Assembly (NCBI GenBank): GCA_007694905.1 | Contig: REEU01000144.1 | Span: 65,638 to 129,637 of the forward strand | DNA: 64,000 bases | Source of the DNA: Gammaproteobacteria bacterium | GTDB lineage: Bacteria > Pseudomonadota > Gammaproteobacteria > Pseudomonadales > Azotimanducaceae | Reading direction: 5' to 3' | Shown: positions 50,209-59,500 of the stretch, piece by piece | Numbering within the stretch: position 1 is the stretch's first letter | Layout of the letters: the number at the start of each line of letters is the position of its first letter | Notes under the pieces: model-generated | What the model saw: the letters and a program-made list of their open reading frames with translations, nothing else | The model's database searches: none | What the model was told of the DNA's origin: nothing | Made by a program: the position numbers and the translations under genes

Positions 50209-50220
50209 ATTGTCGACAAT
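50209..50220. promoter_or_regulatory. GntR-type operator copy 2 (ATTGTCGACAAT, perfect palindrome)
   Basis: A perfect 12 bp palindrome of the FadR/GntR t.GT-N-AC.a type, 13 nt upstream of the regulator ATG. Confidence 0.6.
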
Positions 50221-50232
50221 TATCGAGGGTCG

Positions 50233-50913
50233 ATGACGCAAGCGCGCAACCTGCCGGTGACCATGGCGGAGCGGGTCTTCGAGGCGGTCCAGGACGCGAT
50301 CGTCCGCGGCGACATTGCGCCGGGAGCCAAGATCACCGAGCCGGATCTGGCGCGACAGTATGGGGTCAGTCGCGGACCGTTGCGAGAGGCGCTGCAGCGG
50401 TTGGAAGCGCGCCATCTGGTGGAGCGCATTCCGCACGTCGGGGCCCGGGTCGCTGCGCTGAGCTTTGCACGTCTGATCGACATCTATCACGCCCGCGAGG
50501 CGCTGGAAGGCATGGCCTGTCGGCTCGCTGCCACCCACTGCGACGAAGCGGAGATCGCATCGCTTGAAGCTCTGCTCGATGAGCATGCGGCCCTGCACGA
50601 GGTCAGAGAGGGGCGCGGCTATTTCCAGAAAGAAGGTGATCTGGACTTCCACTACCGTATCGCCCATGCCAGCGGCAACGCCATCGTGACCCAGATCCTC
50701 TGCGAGGATCTCTACCACCTGATGCGCATGTATCGCTACAAGTTTTCCGGCTACCGCGGCCGTCCTCACCAGGCGCTCGAGGAGCATCGGCGTATCGTGG
50801 CAGCACTGAAGGAGCGGGACGGGGATTTTGCAGAATTGCTGATGCGCCGGCATATCGCCGGCGCCCGGCGCACCATCGAGGACGCCTATCGGCAAAGTCG
50901 GGGCGCAGATTGA
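50233..50913 (+). CDS. GntR/FadR-family transcriptional regulator of the methylcitrate operon
   Basis: 226 aa with an N-terminal wHTH ([25 protein letters not shown]) and an FCD-type C-terminal domain. Confidence 0.85.
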   Translation: MTQARNLPVTMAERVFEAVQDAIVRGDIAPGAKITEPDLARQYGVSRGPLREALQRLEARHLVERIPHVGARVAALSFARLIDIYHAREALEGMACRLAATHCDEAEIASLEALLDEHAALHEVREGRGYFQKEGDLDFHYRIAHASGNAIVTQILCEDLYHLMRMYRYKFSGYRGRPHQALEEHRRIVAALKERDGDFAELLMRRHIAGARRTIEDAYRQSRGAD

Positions 50914-50935
50914 TCCAAAATCGAGGAGAACTCCG

Positions 50936-51832
50936 ATGAGTAGACCGGACAGTGCCGGTACCCGCTTCCGGCGGGCGCTGGACGAGGAGCGGCCCCTGCA
51001 GGTGATGGGTGCCATCAATGCCTACGCGGCGATGATGGCCGAGCGGGTGGGTTACCGCGCCATCTACCTGTCTGGCGGCGGCGTCGCGAATGCATCCTAC
51101 GGCCTGCCTGATCTGGGCATCACGAGTCTCGACGACGTGCTCGAGGATGTGCGGAGGATCACAGCAGCCAGCAGCGTCCCCCTGCTGGTGGACATCGACA
51201 CCGGTTGGGGTGGTGCGTTCAACATCGCCAAGACCATTCGTGAGATGATTCGCGCCGGCGCCGGCGCGGTGCACATGGAGGACCAAGTGGCGCAGAAGCG
51301 CTGCGGTCACCGGCCGGGCAAGGCTATCGTGTCCATCGGGGAGATGAACGATCGCATCAAGGCCGCGGTGGATGCGCGCACCGACGACGACTTCATCGTC
51401 ATGGCGCGCACCGACGCGCTCGCAGTGGACGGATTCGATGCGGTGATCGAGCGCGCGCAGGCCTTCGTCGATGCTGGAGCGGATGCCATCTTCGCCGAGG
51501 CCATGACCGACCTCGACATGTACCGCAAGGTGGTGGCAGCGGTGGACGTCCCGGTTCTGGCCAACATCACCGAGTTTGGTCAGACGCCGCTGTACAGCAC
51601 TGCGGAGTTGGGAGAGGCCGGCATCCGCATGGTGCTTTATCCGCTGTCGGCATTCCGTGCCATGAACAAGGCCGCGCTCAACGTTTATGAGGCCATACGT
51701 CGCGACGGCCACCAGAAGGCGGTGCTCGATACCATGCAGACGCGTATGGAACTCTACGACTACCTCGGCTACCACGAATACGAACAGAAGCTCGATGCGT
51801 TGTTCGGGACGCAGCCGGATACGGATTCTTAA
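50936..51832 (+). CDS. prpB: Methylisocitrate lyase
   Basis: 298 aa PEP-mutase/isocitrate-lyase fold, with [18 protein letters not shown] containing the catalytic KRCGH motif. Confidence 0.93.
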   Translation: MSRPDSAGTRFRRALDEERPLQVMGAINAYAAMMAERVGYRAIYLSGGGVANASYGLPDLGITSLDDVLEDVRRITAASSVPLLVDIDTGWGGAFNIAKTIREMIRAGAGAVHMEDQVAQKRCGHRPGKAIVSIGEMNDRIKAAVDARTDDDFIVMARTDALAVDGFDAVIERAQAFVDAGADAIFAEAMTDLDMYRKVVAAVDVPVLANITEFGQTPLYSTAELGEAGIRMVLYPLSAFRAMNKAALNVYEAIRRDGHQKAVLDTMQTRMELYDYLGYHEYEQKLDALFGTQPDTDS

Positions 51833-51847
51833 GAAGGAGGCCATCTG

Positions 51848-52975
51848 ATGGCGCAAGCAAAGAAACTGGGAGGCGCAGGCCTCAGAGGACAGGTCGCGGG
51901 AGAGACGGCACTGTGCACGGTGGGGCAGACGGGTTCCGGTCTGACCTACCGTGGCTATGACATCACCGATCTCGCCGAGAACACGACGTTCGAGGAAGTG
52001 GCCTATCTGATTCTGAAGGGCGAACTGCCGAAGCAGGCGGAACTGGATGCCTATCGCAAGAAACTCAAAGGCTTGCGCGGTCTGCCGGATGCGCTGAAGA
52101 AGACGCTCGAGCTGATTCCGAAGGATGCCCATCCGATGGACGTGATGCGCACCGGCTGCTCCATGCTCGGCAACCTTGAGCAGGAGGGGGATTTCTCCAA
52201 CCAGGGTGACGTCTCGGACCGGCTGCTGGCCGTGCTGCCGTCGATCATCAACTACTGGTACAAGTTCAGCCACGACGGCGAGCGCATCGATGTCGAGACC
52301 GACGACGACAGCATCGGCGCCCACTTCCTCCACACCCTGCACGGCAAGGCACCGAGCAAGCTGCACGCAGACGTCATGAACGTGTCATTGATCCTGTACG
52401 CAGAGCACGAATTCAATGCGTCCACGTTCACGGCTCGCGTCTGCGCGTCGACCCTGTCCGACATGCACTCCTGTGTCACAGGTGCCATCGGCTCGCTGCG
52501 CGGCCCGTTGCACGGAGGCGCCAACGAGGCGGCCATGGACATGATCGAGAAATTCGCCTCGCCGGAGGATGCGATCAGCGGGATCAAGGGCATGCTCGAG
52601 CGCAAGGACAAGATCATGGGATTCGGACACGCCATCTACAGCGAATCCGATCCGCGCAACGCCATCATCAAGCATTGGTCCGAGAAGCTCGCCGACGAAG
52701 TGGGTGACAAGGTGCTCTACCCGGTGTCCTGTGCGGTGGAGAAGACCATGTGGGACGAGAAGAAGCTGTTCCCGAACGCCGACTTCTTCCACGCCTCGGC
52801 GTACCACTTCATGGGGATTCCCACCAAGTTGTTCACGCCCATCTTCGTCTGCTCGCGCGTCACGGGCTGGACCGCCCACGTCATGGAGCAGCGGGCCAAC
52901 AACCGCATCATCCGGCCGAGCGCCGAATACACCGGACCCAAAGCGCGCAAGGTCGTACCGATTGCTGAGCGCTGA
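51848..52975 (+). CDS. prpC: 2-methylcitrate synthase
   Basis: 375 aa citrate-synthase family protein with the GPLHGGANE and GFGHAIY motifs. Confidence 0.93.
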   Translation: MAQAKKLGGAGLRGQVAGETALCTVGQTGSGLTYRGYDITDLAENTTFEEVAYLILKGELPKQAELDAYRKKLKGLRGLPDALKKTLELIPKDAHPMDVMRTGCSMLGNLEQEGDFSNQGDVSDRLLAVLPSIINYWYKFSHDGERIDVETDDDSIGAHFLHTLHGKAPSKLHADVMNVSLILYAEHEFNASTFTARVCASTLSDMHSCVTGAIGSLRGPLHGGANEAAMDMIEKFASPEDAISGIKGMLERKDKIMGFGHAIYSESDPRNAIIKHWSEKLADEVGDKVLYPVSCAVEKTMWDEKKLFPNADFFHASAYHFMGIPTKLFTPIFVCSRVTGWTAHVMEQRANNRIIRPSAEYTGPKARKVVPIAER

Positions 52976-53006
52976 ACCTTTCATCTGATCGAGAGAATCA
53001 ACGAGC

Positions 53007-54452
53007 ATGAGTGCAACTGTAGAAACCAACGTCCGTCCCGATCCCGATCCCGAACTGGTCGCCATCGCCGACTACGTGGACAGCATGAAGATCGATTCCA
53101 AGGAGGCCTACGACACGGCCCGCAACTGTCTGATCGACACCTTGGGCTGCGGCTTCCTGGCCCTGCGTTTTCCGGAGTGCACCAAGCATCTCGGCCCCAT
53201 CGTGCCCGGCACGGTGGTGCCCAATGGCGCCCGGGTACCCGGAACCCAGCTCGTCCTGGACCCGGTGAAGGCCGCGTGGGACATCGGTGCGATGATCCGC
53301 TGGCTCGACTTCAACGACACCTGGCTGGCAGCGGAGTGGGGGCATCCCTCCGATAACCTTGGCGGCATCCTAGCGGTGGCGGACTGGATGAGTCGTGAGG
53401 CTATCGCGGCGAACCGTGAGCCGCTGACCATGCGTGACGTGCTCACCGCCATGATCAAGGCTCACGAGATCCAGGGTTGCCTGGCACTCGAGAACAGCTT
53501 CAACCGAGTGGGTCTCGACCACGTTTTGCTGGTTCGCGTCGCCTCCACTGCAGTGGTGGCCAAGCTGCTCGGTGCGAACCGGGACCAGATCATCGACGCG
53601 CTGTCGCATGCCTGGGTCGACGGCTCCGCGCTGCGGACCTATCGCCACGCGCCGAATGCCGGTCCGCGCAAGTCCTGGGCGGCAGGCGATGCCACCAGCC
53701 GCGCGGTGCGTTTGGCGATGCTGGTCATGAAGGGCGAGATCGGCTACCCGAGCGCGCTGTCCGCGAAGACCTGGGGCTTCTACGACGTCAGCTTCAAGGG
53801 CAAGAAGTTCGAGTTCCAGCGTGATTACGGCAGTTACGTGATGGAGCAGGTGCTGTTCAAGATCTCCTTCCCCGCGGAATTCCACGCCCAGACGGCGGTG
53901 GAAGCGGCGGTTTCTCTGCATCCGGAAGTGGCGGGGCGCATCGACGACATCGAGCGCATCGAGCTGACCACCCACGAGTCGGCCATCCGCATCATCTCCA
54001 AGGAAGGCCAGCTCAATAACCCGGCGGACCGGGATCACTGCCTGCAGTACATGACGGCCATCGGCCTGCTCAAGGGTGATCTCGTGGCCGAGGATTACGA
54101 GGACGACGTGGCGGCCGATCCGCGCGTGGATGCCCTGCGGGAAAAGATGGTGGTGATCGAAGACGAGCGCTACTCTCGCGAGTACCACGAACCGGAGAAG
54201 CGTTCGATTGCCAACGCGATCCAGGTGTTCTTCAAGGACGGATCGAAGACGGAAAAGGTGGCGGTGGAGTATCCCATCGGTCATCGCCGGCGTCGGGAAG
54301 AGGGCATTCCCGTCCTCGAACAGAAGTTCAAGGGTGCGCTGGCGACCCGTTTCCCGGCGAAACGCGTCGAGAAGATCTTCGCCCTGTGCAAGGATCAGAA
54401 GGAGCTCGAGGGCATGCCGGTCAACGAGTTCGTCGACATGTTCGTCATCTGA
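53007..54452 (+). CDS. prpD: 2-methylcitrate dehydratase
   Basis: 481 aa MmgE/PrpD family protein, in the canonical position after prpC. Confidence 0.92.
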   Translation: MSATVETNVRPDPDPELVAIADYVDSMKIDSKEAYDTARNCLIDTLGCGFLALRFPECTKHLGPIVPGTVVPNGARVPGTQLVLDPVKAAWDIGAMIRWLDFNDTWLAAEWGHPSDNLGGILAVADWMSREAIAANREPLTMRDVLTAMIKAHEIQGCLALENSFNRVGLDHVLLVRVASTAVVAKLLGANRDQIIDALSHAWVDGSALRTYRHAPNAGPRKSWAAGDATSRAVRLAMLVMKGEIGYPSALSAKTWGFYDVSFKGKKFEFQRDYGSYVMEQVLFKISFPAEFHAQTAVEAAVSLHPEVAGRIDDIERIELTTHESAIRIISKEGQLNNPADRDHCLQYMTAIGLLKGDLVAEDYEDDVAADPRVDALREKMVVIEDERYSREYHEPEKRSIANAIQVFFKDGSKTEKVAVEYPIGHRRRREEGIPVLEQKFKGALATRFPAKRVEKIFALCKDQKELEGMPVNEFVDMFVI

Positions 54453-54469
54453 AGCAGGGAGTCGCGACC

Positions 54470-54958
54470 GTGACCGCAATCGTCCTGCCTGATCTCTGCG
54501 ACGCCTACGGCGACGATGTCACCGTGCTGGAGCCCATGTTCTCCACTTTCGGCGGCGTCGAGGCCTTCGGCGGGTCGGCGGTCACGGTCAAGTGCTTCGA
54601 AGACAACTCCCTGGTGGGCCAGCAGGTGGCATTAGCAGGGAAAGGCCGCGTGCTGGTGGTTGACGGCGGCGGCTCGATGCGTTGCGCGCTGCTCGGCGAC
54701 AACTTGGCACAGAAAGCCAGCGATAATGGCTGGGCCGGCGTCATCGTCTATGGCTGCGTCCGCGACGTGGAAATCCTCGCGCAGATCGACATCGGGGTGC
54801 AGGCGCTGGCGCCCCACCCCCGCAAGAGCGTGAAGAAGGGCGTCGGTGAGCTGGATATACCGGTGACGTTCGCGGGCGCGACGATCCGCCCGGGTGATCA
54901 CGTGTATGCGGATGCAAACGGTGTCATCTGCGCGTCCAAGTCACTGACCACGGCCTGA
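54470..54958 (+). CDS. rraA: RraA-family protein (RNase E regulator / HMG-CHA aldolase-oxaloacetate decarboxylase fold)
   Basis: GTG at 54470 with an [33 protein letters not shown] and [24 protein letters not shown] are typical of the RraA family. Confidence 0.8.
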   Translation: MTAIVLPDLCDAYGDDVTVLEPMFSTFGGVEAFGGSAVTVKCFEDNSLVGQQVALAGKGRVLVVDGGGSMRCALLGDNLAQKASDNGWAGVIVYGCVRDVEILAQIDIGVQALAPHPRKSVKKGVGELDIPVTFAGATIRPGDHVYADANGVICASKSLTTA

Positions 54959-54961
54959 CGC

Positions 54962-57355
54962 ATGCAGGCTCCGGACGGCGAGGAAGCGGTTCCGGAACGG
55001 GAGCTGCGACTGGCACTGGTCTGTTATGGCGGCGTGTCTCTGGCCGTCTACATGCATGGCATCACCCGCGAAATTCTCAAGCTCACCCGTGCTTCCAGGG
55101 ATTACCACGCATTGTCCGAGAGGGAGGCAGGCCCGGCCGAATACGCCGATGCCTGCACCCATGAGGCCGAAGTCGATACCGAAGCGATCTACTTTCAGCT
55201 GCTGCAGCGCCTCGGCGGCCGGGTTCGCCTGCGGGTGCTCGTCGATGTCATCGCGGGTGCTTCCGCCGGCGGCATCAACGGCGTCATGCTGGCGCGGGCG
55301 CTGGCCTTCGACCTCTCCCTCGATGATCATCGCAAGCTGTGGCTGGAACTCGCTGATGTCGGGGAACTGCTCGATCCAGATGCCCGTGCGAGCAAGCTAT
55401 CGAAACTCTACATGCGGCCGCTGTTCTGGGTGGCCGGCTGGCTGCAGCGGCGGCGGGCAAAGCGGCTCGGTATCCCCACCGAGGATCCCGAGGTGCTGCG
55501 CAACCTGTCGATGTTCATGCGCTCGCGCTGGTTCGAACCGCCGTTCTCCGGGCGCCGCATGAGCGAGATGATGCTCGATGCGCTCAAGGCCATGGGTCGC
55601 GAGCAGCCTGGTGGACACGACTCGCTGCTGCCACCTGGTTTGCCGCTGGAGTTGTTCGTCACCACCACCGACTTCTGGGGCCACCCACAGACCATCCCAC
55701 TGCATGACCCGCCGGAGGTCCGGGAGCGTGAGCACCGCCACATTCTTCACTTCCACCACTGGTTCACCCAGTCCGGCGAGTGTTCATCCCAGCTCGATAC
55801 CGACCAGCTGCCGTCGCTGGCCTTCGCGGCTCGTGCCACCAGCAGTTTCCCCGGTGCATTCCCGCCCGCACGCCTGGCAGAGATCGACGAGCTGCTCACT
55901 GAACGGGGTGAGCGCTGGCCTGGACGCGAGGCGTTCGTCGCCGAACAGTTCAGGGCATCGCTGCGCTCCGGCGAGGACCCGGAAGACGCGGCCCTCATCG
56001 ACGGCAGCGTGTTGATGAACAAGCCCGTGTCGGTGGCCCTCGGTGCGGTTCAGCGCCATGTGGCACACCGGCAGACGGATCGGCGCCTGGTGTATCTCGA
56101 GCCGAACCCTGAGGTGGAGCGGGAGATTGCGCACGAGATTCCCGGGTTCTTCAAAACCTTGAAGGGCGCTTTATCCGATATTCCCCGGCATCAGCCTATT
56201 CGCGATGATCTCGAGTGGATTGCGCGCTTCAATGAACGCGTACGACTGCACCGACAGGTGGCCGACGGCGTCCGCGCCCAGGTGCTCGCGGCCATGGGCT
56301 CCACCCTTGATACCGAGCTGACGCCACCCCCGAACGCAACGCTGATTGGGCAATGGCGGCGAGCGGCAAACACCCTGGCTGCCGCCGATGCTGGGTACGC
56401 CTACGAGGGCTACGCACGGCTCAAGGTGCTCGGGCTGCTGGACGAGCTGGCGCTGCTGTTTCAGCAGAGGGGGAGCGAGGTCAGCCGGACGGATGCGCTG
56501 ACGCGGATGCAAGCCTGGGCACAGGCCCAGGGCATTCGCCCCATGGGTGGGGCGGCCTCTGCCGCCCAGGCGGGCGAGGACGTGCCGTGGGTGGCCTTTC
56601 TTCGCCACTACGACATCCGGCACAGACTGCGCCGCGTCCTGCTGGTGATTCGCCGCACGAACGAGCTGTATACGGACGCGGACGTCGCGCCCGCCCGGCG
56701 ACATCGCGACGATCTCGATCGGCTCAAGGGCTGTCTCTATGTCCACGCGGAGACGCTGCGAGCCCACCTCGATTGGCGCAGCCTCGATCTCGATGGTGCC
56801 GGAGCACATCAGCAGGGTGATCACATCAACGCCTTTCTGGTGCGGATCCGCGAGCGGCTGAATCTGGTGGACCAGGATGCTGCGCTGGATGGCGAACTGG
56901 CTGAGTGGTGCGACAGCGTCAACGCGCCCGCGCTGGTCCGGGAAGTGCTTACCGCCTACTTCGGTTTCGCTTACTACGACGTACTGACCTACCCCATGGC
57001 CCAAACCCGTGATATGGATGCCCTGGAAGAGATCAAGGTGGATCGGATTGCGGTGGACGATGCGAACACGCTGCGGGAGGGCGGGGCACGGCAGATCCTC
57101 AAGGGCGTGGAGTTCGGCAACTTCGGCGCGTTCTTTTCCCGCCGCTTCCGGGAGAACGATTACCTCTGGGGGCGGTTGACGGCGGCGGAGCGCCTCGTGG
57201 ACATCGTCGGCAGCTCTGTGCCGGAAGCCGAAGACCTCGATCTGCGGGATTGCAAAAAACAGCTCTTCCTCGCCATTCTCGCCGCGGAGCGGCCGCATCT
57301 GACTGGGATCGAGGACCTCATCAACGAACTCGAGGCTGAGGCGCGTGCGCTGTAG
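54962..57355 (+). CDS. Large patatin-related phospholipase (TIGR03607-like architecture)
   Basis: 797 aa with oxyanion region YGGVSLAVYMHG, nucleophile motif AGASAGGING, Asp motif LIDGSV, and a roughly 450 aa uncharacterised C-terminal region. It starts 3 nt after rraA. Confidence 0.8.
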   Translation: MQAPDGEEAVPERELRLALVCYGGVSLAVYMHGITREILKLTRASRDYHALSEREAGPAEYADACTHEAEVDTEAIYFQLLQRLGGRVRLRVLVDVIAGASAGGINGVMLARALAFDLSLDDHRKLWLELADVGELLDPDARASKLSKLYMRPLFWVAGWLQRRRAKRLGIPTEDPEVLRNLSMFMRSRWFEPPFSGRRMSEMMLDALKAMGREQPGGHDSLLPPGLPLELFVTTTDFWGHPQTIPLHDPPEVREREHRHILHFHHWFTQSGECSSQLDTDQLPSLAFAARATSSFPGAFPPARLAEIDELLTERGERWPGREAFVAEQFRASLRSGEDPEDAALIDGSVLMNKPVSVALGAVQRHVAHRQTDRRLVYLEPNPEVEREIAHEIPGFFKTLKGALSDIPRHQPIRDDLEWIARFNERVRLHRQVADGVRAQVLAAMGSTLDTELTPPPNATLIGQWRRAANTLAAADAGYAYEGYARLKVLGLLDELALLFQQRGSEVSRTDALTRMQAWAQAQGIRPMGGAASAAQAGEDVPWVAFLRHYDIRHRLRRVLLVIRRTNELYTDADVAPARRHRDDLDRLKGCLYVHAETLRAHLDWRSLDLDGAGAHQQGDHINAFLVRIRERLNLVDQDAALDGELAEWCDSVNAPALVREVLTAYFGFAYYDVLTYPMAQTRDMDALEEIKVDRIAVDDANTLREGGARQILKGVEFGNFGAFFSRRFRENDYLWGRLTAAERLVDIVGSSVPEAEDLDLRDCKKQLFLAILAAERPHLTGIEDLINELEAEARAL

Positions 57356-57397
57356 ATGGATACCATGCAGCGCGATGCGCGCGCGAAAAATATAATG

Positions 57398-57443
57398 TTA
57401 AATGTTATATATCAATCTTAAGATTATGATTTATAACATTTAA
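57398..57443. repeat. AT-rich nested palindrome at a convergent gene junction
   Basis: TTAAATGTTATA (57398-57409) is the reverse complement of TATAACATTTAA (57432-57443). They flank the perfect palindrome AATCTTAAGATT (57414-57425). The surrounding ~65 bp is almost devoid of G/C. Confidence 0.7.
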
Positions 57444-57512
57444 TATCCAAGCAGTCCGCAAGCTCGAAAGCACTTGAACATACTGTTGTTCGCGCTGAGA
57501 TGGACGCCGTGT

Positions 57513-58493
57513 TCAGAAATCGAAGTGACAGGCCACCAGATGGGGCGTCGAGCCTTTGCGGGCGGCTTCACGCAGCAGCGGCCGCTCGTTACGACAGCGT
57601 GCTTCCGCATGGGGGCAGCGGGTGTGAAATGGACATCCTGAAGGTGGATCGATGGGAGACGGCACGTCGCCGCTCAGAATCGTGCGGGTGCTGCGGCGCG
57701 TCGGATCCGGCACCGGAATCGCCGTGATCAGCGCCTGGGTGTAGGGATGTCGCGGTCGGTCCATCAGGTCGTCGGTATCGGCGTACTCCATGATCCGGCC
57801 GAGGTACATCACCGCGATGCTGTCGGACACGTGCCGCACGACGGCGAGATCGTGAGCAATGAACAGATAGGCGAGGCCGAGTTCGGCCTGGAGATCCAGG
57901 AACAGATTGAGAATCTGACTCTGGATCGAGACGTCCAGAGCGGAGACCGGTTCGTCGCAGACCAGCAGCTTGGGCCCGAGCGCAATGGCGCGGGCGATAC
58001 TGATGCGCTGACGCTGGCCACCTGAAAACTCGAACGGAAACTTCTCGGCTGCAGAGGCCGGCAGGCCCACCAGGTCCAGTAGCTCACGGACCCGGGCAGC
58101 CCGTTCGGCTGCCGTACCAACGCCGTGAATGATCAGCGGTTCCTCGATCAGGTTGCCGACGGTGTGCCGGCTGTTGAGGGATTCCGCGGGGTCCTGGAAC
58201 ACCATCTGCAGCTCGCGCCGCAGCGGCTTCAGACGACGCCGCGACAGGTTCGAGATGTCCTGACCCTCGAACAGGATGGATCCCGAGGTGGGTTGCAGCA
58301 GTCGTACCACGGTCTTGCCCAGGGTGGACTTGCCGCAGCCGGACTCACCGACCAGCCCCAGGGTTTCGCCACGCTGCACGGAGAGGGAGACGCCGTCCAC
58401 GGCCCGGTTGGTGCCTGTAGCGCGCAGCAGGACGCCACCGCGCACGGGGAAGTGGGTCGCGAGCTCGCGCAGCTCCAGCAGCGGCGTGCTCAT
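57513..58493 (-). CDS. Peptide-type ABC transporter ATP-binding protein (OppF/DppF/YejF C-half-like)
   Basis: ATG at 58493 ([15 protein letters not shown]) gives 326 aa with Walker [10 protein letters not shown], the signature FSGGQRQR and an oligopeptide C-terminal domain. ATGA overlap with the upstream ATPase gene. Confidence 0.9.
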   Translation of the reverse strand: MSTPLLELRELATHFPVRGGVLLRATGTNRAVDGVSLSVQRGETLGLVGESGCGKSTLGKTVVRLLQPTSGSILFEGQDISNLSRRRLKPLRRELQMVFQDPAESLNSRHTVGNLIEEPLIIHGVGTAAERAARVRELLDLVGLPASAAEKFPFEFSGGQRQRISIARAIALGPKLLVCDEPVSALDVSIQSQILNLFLDLQAELGLAYLFIAHDLAVVRHVSDSIAVMYLGRIMEYADTDDLMDRPRHPYTQALITAIPVPDPTRRSTRTILSGDVPSPIDPPSGCPFHTRCPHAEARCRNERPLLREAARKGSTPHLVACHFDF

Positions 58494-59500
58494 GTGCGGA
58501 CCTCGCCGGCAATGCGCTGCCAATGGTGGCAGGCCACCAGATGGCCATCGCCGGCCCGGCTGAGCAGAGGTTGTTCGCGCCGGCAGCGGTCGTCGGCGTG
58601 GGGGCAGCGGTTGTTGAATCGGCAGCCGTCGGGAAGATCCTTTAGCGTCGGCACCATGCCGGCGATGGTGGGCAGGCGTGACTTGCGCGGCGTCTCGAGA
58701 TGGGGGATCGAGTCGAGCAGGCCGCGCGTATAAGGATGCAGTGGCCGGGCAAAGAGATCTTTGACCGGCGCCTGTTCGGCGACGCGCCCGGCATACATCA
58801 CCACCACGTCGTCGCACTGCTCGGCGATCACGCCGAGATCGTGTGTGATGAGCATGACGCCCATGCCGGTCTCGCTACGAAGTTTCGCGATCAGCTCGAG
58901 AATCTGGGCCTGGACAGTGACGTCGAGCGCCGTAGTGGGCTCGTCGGCGATGAGCAGGGCCGGGTCACAGGCCAGCGCGATGGCGATCATCACACGCTGC
59001 CGCATGCCACCGGAGAGCTGATGGGGGTACTCCGACAGGCGCAGCTCGGGCGCGGGGATCCCCACCCGTTCGAGCATACCCACCGCGCGTTCGAGTGCGG
59101 CGCGGCGTTCGATGCCCTTGTGCAGGATGAGGGACTCGGCGATCTGCCGTCCGATACGATGCACGGGATTCAGCGCCGTCATGGGTTCCTGGAAGATCAT
59201 GCCGATGCGGCCGCCGCGGATGCGGTGCAGCGTGGGCTGATCGGCGCTGACGAGATCCGTGCCCTCGAAGCGGATCGTCCCTGCGACGATCTGCCCCATG
59301 GGCTGCGGCAACAGTCGCATGATGGACAGAGCGGTGACGCTCTTGCCGCAGCCCGATTCGCCGACGATGCCGAGGGTGCGTCCGCGCTCGAGGCTGAAAT
59401 CGACCCGGTCCACCGCACGCACGCGCCCACCCTCGGTATCGAAGGCGGTGACCAGTCCGCGGACCTCGAGCAGCGTTCGTTGCGGCACGGGCGGATTCAC
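58490..59500 (-). CDS. Peptide-type ABC transporter ATP-binding protein (OppD/DppD/YejF N-half-like)
   Basis: 336 aa with Walker [10 protein letters not shown] and the signature LSGGMRQR. Confidence 0.9.
   Translation of the reverse strand: MNPPVPQRTLLEVRGLVTAFDTEGGRVRAVDRVDFSLERGRTLGIVGESGCGKSVTALSIMRLLPQPMGQIVAGTIRFEGTDLVSADQPTLHRIRGGRIGMIFQEPMTALNPVHRIGRQIAESLILHKGIERRAALERAVGMLERVGIPAPELRLSEYPHQLSGGMRQRVMIAIALACDPALLIADEPTTALDVTVQAQILELIAKLRSETGMGVMLITHDLGVIAEQCDDVVVMYAGRVAEQAPVKDLFARPLHPYTRGLLDSIPHLETPRKSRLPTIAGMVPTLKDLPDGCRFNNRCPHADDRCRREQPLLSRAGDGHLVACHHWQRIAGEVRT

Noticed and set aside
57376-57410. Possible dif (XerC/XerD) site. TAATGTTAAAT resembles the XerD arm TTATGTTAAAT.
   Set aside because: The XerC arm (..GCGCATAA) and the 6 bp central region do not align. 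The spacing is off by 2-3 bp and the conserved CATAATGTATA core is missing. The resemblance is probably an effect of AT-rich composition.
57356-57421. A 21-codon ORF (MDTMQRDARAKNIMLNVIYQS) starting right after the patatin stop.
   Set aside because: There is no RBS. The second half merely reads through the AT-rich palindrome, and nothing suggests it is a peptide gene.
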